Positions 1 to 8,490 of a DNA stretch of 44,628 nt are shown piece by piece. Numbering within the stretch: the stretch's first letter is position 1; every line of letters begins with the position of its first letter. The DNA is from Bacteroidales bacterium. Its GTDB lineage: Bacteria; Bacteroidota; Bacteroidia; Bacteroidales; FEN-979. The stretch covers positions 1-44,628 of the forward strand of contig JBEKQA010000002.1 of NCBI GenBank assembly GCA_049520195.1, written 5' to 3'. The notes under the pieces are model-generated. The model searched no databases, was not told where the DNA came from, and worked only from the letters and a program-made list of their open reading frames with translations. Both the position numbers and the translations under genes were made by a program.

Positions 1-294
1 CTCAAAAGGAACATCGTCTTCCATTTTCATCTGTGTTTGTGGCTTTAAATTTAACATCTTTTTGTAATTTAGCCTTTAAACACAGTCAAAGATCGTTTAC
101 ACAAAATTCCTCACAGTCCCCAAAACTTTTACAACGGGATTTTGAAAATGATAGAAAATTAACCTCAAATACTTCGACATGATTGATTGAACTCTAAATG
201 TTGGACAGTAATGCAGCTTTCAATTATTGAAATTAATTAAGCCATAGATTGACCCTTTTTATCAATAGAGGCAAATAGTAGATAAAATTCTCCC

Positions 295-474
295 TCAATA
301 ATTATCTTTCAAATATTGTTCTATAAATCTCAACTTTTCTTTGATAAATTCAACATCTTCTGGCTCTAAATCTAAATCGTAAGCTACTGATAATTTTTTT
401 CTAAACATTTTCTTAACTTCTATGATACTATCATACACCTCCTTAGGTGTCGCAGGGTACTGTTTCTTTGCCAT
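295..474 (-). CDS. small hypothetical protein (59 aa, below the cut-off of the supplied ORF track)
   Basis: Own minus-strand translation: MAKKQYPATPKEVYDSIIEVKKMFRKKLSVAYDLDLEPEDVEFIKEKLRFIEQYLKDNY*. Its ATG lies 4 nt after the stop of ORF 479..817, which suggests translational coupling. No domain recognised. Confidence 0.35.
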   Translation of the reverse strand: MAKKQYPATPKEVYDSIIEVKKMFRKKLSVAYDLDLEPEDVEFIKEKLRFIEQYLKDNY

Positions 475-478
475 AATT

Positions 479-817
479 TTAGTTGTTTAATACGACATAT
501 AAATAATATTTCTCTGATTTTGTCATTTCACCTCCACCAAATTGGTCGTTTTTACATTTTTCCGGATAAAGTTTTATAAATTTCTCAATAGTATTTTTCT
601 CTAAATCCTCAATTGTCTTTTCGTTTGGAGATGAACAGATCGGGATAATTTTAGCGAATTTATCCTTATAATCTGGCATTGATAATCTTTCATTTGGGGC
701 TTTACTAGTCATGCCAATTTTAAATTCTTTAACATCCTTGACGATGTTATCAATTTTATTAATTACATCTTTTGTATTCATAATAAGCATTTTTAATTCA
801 GTTAATATTCTAACCAT
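479..817 (-). CDS. hypothetical protein (112 aa; start may be an internal Met at residue 10 or 13)
   Basis: ORF track. Contains FKIGMTSKAPNERL ... GGGE ... YYLYVV, which is only loosely reminiscent of GIY-YIG/T5orf172-type motifs. No confident family assignment. Confidence 0.5.
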   Translation of the reverse strand: MVRILTELKMLIMNTKDVINKIDNIVKDVKEFKIGMTSKAPNERLSMPDYKDKFAKIIPICSSPNEKTIEDLEKNTIEKFIKLYPEKCKNDQFGGGEMTKSEKYYLYVVLNN

Positions 818-1130
818 TAAAAACTTTCTTGTAAAAATTCATTATTGCAAATATATTAAGGAAATATTACTCTTCCCAGCTGATCAGTTGATTAACATGA
901 TGAAAAATTAAACTGTTGTTTACACAATGTGATCCTTCTCTTCATCTACTTTTTGAGAAGTACTCTAAAGTCATATAAAATTATACCAAACTCATTGATT
1001 AGTGTAAGAAAAAAAAGTAATATTCCATTTTCCAGAGATCATAAGATCAAAAAGGAAAGAACCCTTGTTTCCGTGACTTTCCCAATTTTCAAAATTGAGA
1101 AACCAAGAATAAGGTAAGAAATCTATTGCA

Positions 1131-1460
1131 TCATTTGTTCTTTTCATACTTAAATGAATGAGCTTCTTTGGCAAGAGCGTTCATTTTTGACCGATATTCT
1201 GGTACAGTCAAATATGCCTGTAGAAGTTTATAAAGATCGACATCCCCCGCAGAACCACTCATAATATTTAACACGTCTGTAAAAACAACAACGGCGTTAT
1301 TTATATCGTTGATTGAAATTTTCTCAAGATCAGTACCTTTCCGCTCTTTATTCACTTTATCTACTAAAGGTTTCCCATCGGTTGATTGATATTGACTGAA
1401 CTGTGAAAGAAACTCAATGAGTTTTTCGTGCCTGACCTGTTTTTCTGGTTTTGCTGTCAT
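1131..1460 (-). CDS. hypothetical protein (109 aa)
   Basis: ORF track. Last gene of a tightly spaced minus-strand run (25-nt gap to the upstream gene). No motif recognised. Confidence 0.5.
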   Translation of the reverse strand: MTAKPEKQVRHEKLIEFLSQFSQYQSTDGKPLVDKVNKERKGTDLEKISINDINNAVVVFTDVLNIMSGSAGDVDLYKLLQAYLTVPEYRSKMNALAKEAHSFKYEKNK

Positions 1461-1485
1461 AGTTATACTTTATAATTGAAAGATG

Positions 1486-1827
1486 TCAAACAATACCTAT
1501 AATACTTAAAATCACTCCAAGAATTATTAAGAGCATGCCAGTATTAACATATTTTTTTTCAGCGTTATGTTTTTTAAATTCGAGTTCACCACCATCGTAA
1601 AAGGAACCATAAAATGGTGTTCTCAATGAAGAAATAACTATACCTAAAATGTTAAAATACAGCCCAATTGCTGAAATAATTTTAGAAGTAAGTAGGAAAT
1701 TTATTTTTAGTTCATTAATAAGAAATCCAATAATAATGAGAGTTCCAAGAATTAAAATTATCATATGAATTGGTGTCCATTTCACTTTTATTTCATTGTC
1801 TTTAGGGTATTTGGGTTCGATAGGCAT
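1486..1827 (-). CDS. small integral membrane protein, about 3 predicted TM helices
   Basis: Three hydrophobic stretches: IHMIILILGTLIIIGFLI, IISAIGLYFNILGIVISSL and GMLLIILGVILSIIGIV. 23-nt gap to the upstream gene. Confidence 0.6.
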   Translation of the reverse strand: MPIEPKYPKDNEIKVKWTPIHMIILILGTLIIIGFLINELKINFLLTSKIISAIGLYFNILGIVISSLRTPFYGSFYDGGELEFKKHNAEKKYVNTGMLLIILGVILSIIGIV

Positions 1828-1850
1828 AATCCATCTTAAAGCAAAAAGAG

Positions 1851-2402
1851 TTATTTCCTATTAATCAGATCTTTAAGGTCATTTAGAAACTTTGGATCAT
1901 TTTTAAGTTTAAATCTAATTTTTTCAACTAAAACACTATCTTGCTTGGTTGTACTAATATTATTGTCATTGATAAAACCTTTATGGTCGGGTTTCATCTG
2001 AATCCAAAGATTTATACCTATGCTAAATGCTGGAACGACTATGGCTACCACAATTGCAATTTTTGATAGTTTTTTCGAAGAATGAATTCCTTCAATGTTA
2101 TTGATCATGCTATCTCTTTGTAATTGTTTATCCTCTTCAATCGATTGAAAATATTTCACAATTCCAACTTTCGCTGCATTATATCCTTCTGGGGTCAATG
2201 CAATAGTATATTCCGAATTACCTAGATAATAAAGTAATCCAACTTGTTCTCTTAAAAACTCTTTGATGTAAGACCATTCAAATTCCTCATATCCTTTATT
2301 GTTCATTTCAGACGGATAATCGTCAAGTGAACTCTTACCCCCTTTTTTCTCAATGTATTTTAAGAGATAATCTGCAATCTCTCTTTGCCGTTCATTTAAC
2401 AT
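1851..2402 (-). CDS. hypothetical membrane-anchored protein (soluble N-terminal domain, possibly winged-helix-like, plus one TM helix)
   Basis: ORF track. Has a single TM segment, IAIVVAIVVPAFSIGINLWI. Its start overlaps the stop of the upstream gene by 11 nt. Confidence 0.6.
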   Translation of the reverse strand: MLNERQREIADYLLKYIEKKGGKSSLDDYPSEMNNKGYEEFEWSYIKEFLREQVGLLYYLGNSEYTIALTPEGYNAAKVGIVKYFQSIEEDKQLQRDSMINNIEGIHSSKKLSKIAIVVAIVVPAFSIGINLWIQMKPDHKGFINDNNISTTKQDSVLVEKIRFKLKNDPKFLNDLKDLINRK

Positions 2403-3081
2403 CCTTTTTATTTTTTAGATCTTCAATTTTCCAAAGTGAATAGTTCAATTTATACATTATTTTAAAAGCTTCACAGCACTGTTTTACTATATCTACAAAA
2501 TTGGTATCAGGTGTCCATATTATTTTAAATTCCCCTATAGAACCAACCTCATTGTGTTCCAGCATTCCCAAAAAGTACTTTCTAAATATTCTAAATATCA
2601 TACATTTATACCCATTAAATAGGTCTGAATATTTTTTTTGAATCTCCGTGCTAACAAACTCATATTCCTCATATTCAAAGCCGGGAAACTCAGATAAAAC
2701 AAATAGTTGCTTCCAGAATACATCACCCATATTCTTTAAATTCTGTGTTTGTCTCAAGTCAGTTTTTAAATAGACTCCTTTTCTACTCAAACCTAACATA
2801 AATTCTGTCTCAGTTTTTTGTGATTTAATAATTAACTCAGGCCCTTCAATATGAAGATAAAAATGACCAATATCCCATCTATCTTTGAATTTACCATATT
2901 TAATACAAAGTTCAGAGATCCCTGAAAACGTATTCACTACATTAAGGGTTATATTCTCTTGAAGGTCAGTAGAATGATCCACATCAGAATTCCAGATTCT
3001 TGTATACTCGTTAATTTGATCGACCCAAGTATCAAACTTGTTTGAATTTTCTTTAATAATTTTATTAAGGAGTGTATTCAT
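2392..3081 (-). CDS. hypothetical protein (229 aa from Met39 of the tracked ORF)
   Basis: ORF 2392..3195. The first 38 codons are low-complexity read-through, so the likely start is MNTLLNKIIKE at 3081. No motif recognised. First gene of the 4-gene minus-strand operon. Confidence 0.55.
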   Translation of the reverse strand: MNTLLNKIIKENSNKFDTWVDQINEYTRIWNSDVDHSTDLQENITLNVVNTFSGISELCIKYGKFKDRWDIGHFYLHIEGPELIIKSQKTETEFMLGLSRKGVYLKTDLRQTQNLKNMGDVFWKQLFVLSEFPGFEYEEYEFVSTEIQKKYSDLFNGYKCMIFRIFRKYFLGMLEHNEVGSIGEFKIIWTPDTNFVDIVKQCCEAFKIMYKLNYSLWKIEDLKNKKDVK

Positions 3082-3656
3082 AGTTTGACCATTCAGAATG
3101 ATAGACAAAACAAAATTAGAGCATTTAATAGATAACCGTGCTGTTTGTGTATAAATTGTAAAATGCCTACTTGTAAATAAAATTACAATAAACATTTAAA
3201 ACCCAGTTCACTTTACCTCAATGATTATTCAATTTAGGACTCACAAAGAAATCATTTCAGAATTACTTGATTTTCAATGTTGGAATTGATGTTTATTGGT
3301 TTAAATATGTAAAATTAAAAGAAAAATCAGGCCTTACATGGGAATGTTATTAACAGCAAAAAAACAGATACGCAGGATTTGTTGTGGCATATGGTTCATA
3401 AGTAGAAAATTGAAGAGAACTTAAATTCGCTAATTACCATGCCCTGTAAGATTCAACTATAAATCATAAACCTGACCGTATAATCTATTTTACCGAAGAG
3501 AACCCACAACCGTTGAATTTTCAATAATTTAGTACAGACAGGGATATCAAATCAAGACAGCGGCTTGGTTCGACTAATTGAAAATGAAACAACTTGCACC
3601 TTGAACCGAATCCGGGTTGAAGATAAAGTTGTGGGACATTCACCATGGTGATTTTT

Positions 3657-3707
3657 TACGTTAATTCCTGTTATACCTACGGTAATTACCAAAAGACATA
3701 CGGATAA
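3657..3707 (+). promoter_or_regulatory. three direct 9-bp boxes at exact 21-bp spacing (candidate LytTR binding array), 75 bp upstream of the LytTR regulator ATG
   Basis: TACGTTAAT at 3657, TACGGTAAT at 3678 and TACGGATAA at 3699. The whole ~64-bp module recurs at 7602..7652 with roughly 78% identity by hand alignment. Confidence 0.6.
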
Positions 3708-3773
3708 TAAGTTTAGTTTTTTGAAATGCCGATAATCTCTACCTTTATTCCACTTTTATTCAAAGAATACACT

Positions 3774-4550
3774 ATGGACAAAATAACGTGTGTCATAATT
3801 GATGATGAAAGAGTGGCACGAGAGACCTTTCGTGATATTATTGACCGATATATGACTGATCGATTAAATGTAATTGGTATGGCGGAATCGGTCAAAGAGG
3901 GTGTTGAATTGATTAAGAAATACCACCCTGATCTTGTATTTCTTGATATTGTGATGCCGAATGAGAGTGGTTTCAAACTCTTCGATTATTTCACCCAGTA
4001 TAATTTTGAAGTCATTTTTACGACCGGTTTCGAGCAGTACGCAATTGAGGCGATCAAATATGCTGCTTTGGACTATCTTCTTAAACCGATAAATTTTCTT
4101 GATCTTCGAGAATCTATTTCCCGTTACGAAAAGAAAAAATTGACCAATAGTAGTCAACAACGGATCGAGACTTTAATAACAAACCTGACTGTAGGGGTTG
4201 ATATCAATCAGAAGATAGCCTTTCCTACAATGGACGGGTATCAGATGGAGAAACTTAATGATATAACATATTGTGAAGGAAATGTGAATTATACCAATGT
4301 CTATACCTTTGATGGACGGATAATATTGGTCGCAAGATCTCTGAAAGAAGTTGAAGAACTCTTTTCCTGTCACTACTTCTATCGGATTCATAAATCCTAT
4401 TTGGTCAATCTGAACTATGTGAAATCATATTCCCGTAGTGAGAACGGGATTCATTTGGATAACGGACAGGAGCTTCCTGTATCCTTCAGAAATAATGATG
4501 AATTCTTACGTGTTTTGACAAAATGGAGAGAACAAACTAACAATAATTGA
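3774..4550 (+). CDS. LytTR-family two-component response regulator (REC + LytTR DNA-binding domain)
   Basis: Receiver motifs: MDKITCVIIDDE, PDLVFLDIVMP, LKP. The C-terminal region (FYRIHKSYLVNLNYV ... LPVSF) is typical of the LytTR domain. Start moved to Met17 of the tracked ORF. Confidence 0.9.
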   Translation: MDKITCVIIDDERVARETFRDIIDRYMTDRLNVIGMAESVKEGVELIKKYHPDLVFLDIVMPNESGFKLFDYFTQYNFEVIFTTGFEQYAIEAIKYAALDYLLKPINFLDLRESISRYEKKKLTNSSQQRIETLITNLTVGVDINQKIAFPTMDGYQMEKLNDITYCEGNVNYTNVYTFDGRIILVARSLKEVEELFSCHYFYRIHKSYLVNLNYVKSYSRSENGIHLDNGQELPVSFRNNDEFLRVLTKWREQTNNN

Positions 4551-7500
4551 GTAAAGGATTTCTCATCGGTCTTTTTGTTTCGCTCACCAGTCTTGCCTGG
4601 AGTCAACACTACTATTCCCGAAACTTCACCGTCAATGATGGTTTACCGTCCAACACAGTCAGGTGTATCTATAAAGACACCCAAGGCCGGATGTGGATTG
4701 GAACAGGAGCAGGTTTGTGTCTATTCGATGGAAAAAGTTTCCGGACTTTCGGGGTCAACAATGGCATGATTGGAGAAAGTGTTTTTTCAATCACCGAAGA
4801 TGATAATCAAAACCTCTGGATAGGATGTATGAAAGGAGGTATCTAAAAATATGATGGAAAAACGTTTATCAATTATTCAACCAAACAGGGGCTAGTCAAT
4901 GATAATGTCCGAGTGGTATGGTATTCCAAAAAGTTCCATCTGTTGTTTATCGGGACAGAAGATGGTTGTAGTGTGTTCGATGGTAAATTATTTGTTTCAT
5001 TAAGTGCAAAGGATTCAAAATCAAATGATTTACATGTGATGGGTTTTCTTGAGGGGGAAGATTACGTTTGTATCTATCCGTACGATCACAAACCATACTA
5101 CAAGTATTACCCTAAAACCCGGAAATTCATCGTTGTTAATGATTTTTATTATTTGACCCATAACACTTCGACTTCTCCACGGATTTATGCTGATGGTGAT
5201 ACAATTATAGGGAGTATACGGGAAGGGGTGAATATCCTGCACTATGGAATCAAACGATCCTTTAAAGAAATGGGACAAGTGTTCGATATAAAGCCAGATC
5301 AAACCGGTAATTTATGGATTGCCTGTTGGTCAGAAAACAAGTTTTCAAAGGATATGCCTGGCGGGTTATTTAAGTATGATGGGAAAGAGGTTATCAGGTA
5401 TAGTGAAAAGTTTGGCATTACTGATCCTACAGTTTGGAACTTGTATTATGATACTACCTTCAATATTTTGTGGGTTGGGACTCTTAACTCAGGAATGTAC
5501 AAAATACCACTACCTGCGTTTACGTGGTATGATAAGGATGATTTTGGTTTACAGGAATTGAATGTGACAGCATTGTTATCGGACAAAGATAATAATTTGT
5601 GGATCGGAACGAAGGGATTTTTGTTAATCCGACAACCGGATGGAAAGATTAAGATTTGTGATAATGGATTCATTAAAAGGATTATTGGATCATATCCACT
5701 TGAGTACGGATGCATCAAACAGGATCGAGTTGGAAACATCTATTCTTGTGTTTATCAATCTCCTTTATTAAAGTATTCACAGGTAAACAATTTCTCTAAA
5801 CCCCAGATTGTACGCATTAAACCAGCAGCGACCCAGTTTACATTTGATAACCAAGATACCGTTTTTTATTCTGACAGGTGGTGGGATGGTGTTTTTCATT
5901 GTTCCATTTCTCCGAAAATCACAGACGCTGTTTATTGGGGTTTTAAAGATAGAAACGCACCACCAGATGTCATAAAGATGATTTCTACTGGAGACATTAT
6001 TTGGTATATTAGTCAAACAGAAGGACTATTCCGTTCGTACCGAGGTCACATTGATTATTTACGGAAAAATGATTCCTCACTCCCACGCATAATCAACGAT
6101 ATTTGTTTTGATGGCCGTGGTAACATCATCATTGGAAGTAACACGGGCGAAATTATTATTGCCCGATATCAGGAGAATGGACTAAAGATCAGATATAGGT
6201 TACAACCGGGAAAAGAAATCATCGGGAATACCGTCAAATTTCTTATAGTGGATAAGGCTAACCATCTATTCATAGGAACAAACCTTGGATTAAACCGAAT
6301 TGATTTGAATACGTTAAACCACGAAAACAGGGTCAAATCTAATTTCTATGACAATGAGGTCGGATATTATGACTATTCTGGTAAGGTTGCAGGATGTGAC
6401 CGGGAGGGTAATATCTGGGTGGGTACTGATAGCCATCTGTTGAAAATTGACACAAAACTGTTGGACAAGTTATCCGCAGGGAAACCAAAAATAAAAATCA
6501 TTGGCTTAGAAGTGAATTATCAACCTGATTCAAATTTTAATTCCGATTATGTTAGAAACTTCTCACATAGTGATAATAATTTGATATTCCATTTTACAGC
6601 AACCAACTACCTGAATCCTAATCAAACTCTTTATCGTTATAAACTTGAAGGATTGGCCGACCACTGGTCGGAATATTCGACTGAAATTAAAGCCGTTTTA
6701 ACATCACTCAATTATGGTAAGTACCGGTTAATCGTTGAGGCATACAATCGAATGGATAATTCAAAAACGGGAAGTACGATTTACTCATTCCATATCAGAT
6801 TTCCTTGGTACTTGAATGGCTGGTTCATTACTGGAACATTGGTTTTTCTGATTCTAAGCATTTATTGGATAATCCGCCTCCGGATAAATCAAATTAAAAT
6901 ATCGGAACAGACAAAATCGGAATTCGCCCGTCAATTATCCACAATTGAAATGCGTGGATTACAATCCCAAATGAATCCCCATTTTATCTTTAATTCGATC
7001 AACTCTATACAGGGGTTTATTCTGAAAAACAAAGTGGATGACGCTATTGGTTATTTGCAAAACTTCTCCAAGATAATTCGTCAAACCCTTGATAACGCAA
7101 CGAAAGAGTATATTTCACTGGATGAAGAAATAGAATACATCAAATGGTATTTGAATCTCGAATTGATGAGATTTGATAATAAGTTTAAGGTTGAATTTCG
7201 TATACATGAAAATCTAAACCCACAGAATATTCAAATTCCCCCGATGATTATCCAACCTTATGTTGAAAACGCTGTCCGTCATGGATTATTCCACAAAGAA
7301 GATGGTGAAGGATTACTTTTAATAGACATTTCAATTGAAGGAGAGAACCTCAAGTGTGTTATCGAAGATAACGGTGTGGGTAGGAAAAAATCAAAAGAAA
7401 TTGATAGTTGGCGGGATCTCCAACATAAACCCCAATCCACACGGATAACCCAAGAAAGAATTGATCTTCTGAATAAATCCACTCAATCAGATAAATATAG

Positions 7501-7585
7501 GGTGACCATCAAAGACATTTGTAATCGAATCGGTGACGTAAAAGGCACTCAGGTTGAAATTATCCTTCCATTGAGAACCCCATAA
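4547..7585 (+). pseudogene. LytS/YehU-type sensor histidine kinase with N-terminal signal/TM, beta-propeller sensor repeats, a TM helix, and His_kinase + HATPase domains; interrupted by one in-frame TAA at 4844..4846
   Basis: ORFs 4547..4846 and 4913..7585 are in the same frame (both coordinates are 2 mod 3). Translation reads straight through: ...WIGCMKGGI*KYDGKTFINYSTKQGLVNDNVRVVWYSKK. Kinase hallmarks are NPHFIFNSINSI (LytS-type H-box), PMIIQPYVENAVRHG and DNGVG. The TTG start overlaps the regulator's stop (TTGA). Confidence 0.8.
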
Positions 7586-7601
7586 ATGAGTCCTTCCAAA
7601 A

Positions 7602-7652
7602 TACGTTAATTCCTTTTATACCTACGGTAATCGTCAAAAAGGGTACGTTAAA
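7602..7652 (+). promoter_or_regulatory. second copy of the three-box, 21-bp-spaced array, 73 bp upstream of the 7717 ATG
   Basis: TACGTTAAT at 7602, TACGGTAAT at 7623 and TACGTTAAA at 7644. Same order, orientation and distance to the start codon as the 3657 array. Confidence 0.6.
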
Positions 7653-7716
7653 TAAGTTAAGTTATTTATCCCGTTTTTCAATATTAATTTCACGACGAAA
7701 CTTAAAAAACGAAATC

Positions 7717-8457
7717 ATGAAAAATCCTCACATCTTCTGGATCGGATTCCATCAACGAAATCTAAAATGTTTTTTAGACCATTTTTCAAGAAGGTCGGTC
7801 TTTCTTCTTGGAATAATCCTCATTGTTCTAATATTTATTAGTTGTACCAGCAAGGAAAAAGGAATAAATGTTTTAGTTGGAGAATGGAATTATTCTGGCA
7901 TCCAAACCGAGCTGACCATAACTAAACAAGATACTACTGTAATAGGAATTTTGAATCAAACTTTACATGACAATATGCAAAGCCCATCAATAGAATATCC
8001 CGTTGGAAGTGTTCTATTTAAAGATATTAAAAAATTGTCTGATACAACTTTTATTGCTAAGGGGCTATACATAAAACCTGTATATAGAACAGAAGAAGTA
8101 TTTGTTCGTTCTTACTTTACTTTTCAAAAAGACCATTATGAAACTACAAAGGTTTTTGACCATAATGAAAATATTTACGTGGATTATAGATTAATGTTGA
8201 GAGTAAAACTTGAGAACATAAAATCAAAATTTATACGGTATGATGAACTCAATTGTATACCTTTTGTAGAAGGTCCTAGATGGACATTCTTTGGGAAATT
8301 ATCTCCGGAAGATAAAATATTTCTTGAACAAGAAATAAAAATAGTCAATGATTCCATAAGAATAGCCGATTCTACAGCCGTGAAGAAAGCCGAGCAAATA
8401 CGCCAAAAAGCCATCGATTCTCAAAAATCAAAGAGAGCACAGGAATTGTTAAAGTAA
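7717..8457 (+). CDS. putative lipoprotein, unknown function
   Basis: Hydrophobic segment ending in a lipobox-like LIFISC, followed by TSKEKG. No other motif recognised. Confidence 0.6.
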   Translation: MKNPHIFWIGFHQRNLKCFLDHFSRRSVFLLGIILIVLIFISCTSKEKGINVLVGEWNYSGIQTELTITKQDTTVIGILNQTLHDNMQSPSIEYPVGSVLFKDIKKLSDTTFIAKGLYIKPVYRTEEVFVRSYFTFQKDHYETTKVFDHNENIYVDYRLMLRVKLENIKSKFIRYDELNCIPFVEGPRWTFFGKLSPEDKIFLEQEIKIVNDSIRIADSTAVKKAEQIRQKAIDSQKSKRAQELLK

Positions 8458-8490
8458 TCATTTTTTCCCATAACCCAAAAGGATTGTATT

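Noticed and set aside
1-30. Possible start of a minus-strand gene running off the left edge (ATGAAAATGGAAGACGATGTTCCTTTTGAG on the minus strand).
   Set aside because: Only about 10 codons are visible, and nothing supports coding potential or identity.
818-1174. ORFs 929..1117(+) and 992..1174(-) in the 313-bp gap between the two minus-strand gene groups.
   Set aside because: They overlap each other, and 992..1174 also overlaps gene 1131..1460. Their composition looks like translated AT-rich spacer. The region is more likely a promoter or terminator.
4844-4846. The idea that TAA is read as a sense codon (alternative genetic code) rather than interrupting the kinase.
   Set aside because: Many well-supported genes in the window terminate at TAA at the expected protein end, for example the kinase itself at 7583..7585 and the genes ending at 8457 and 10605. 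A reassigned code is therefore not tenable.
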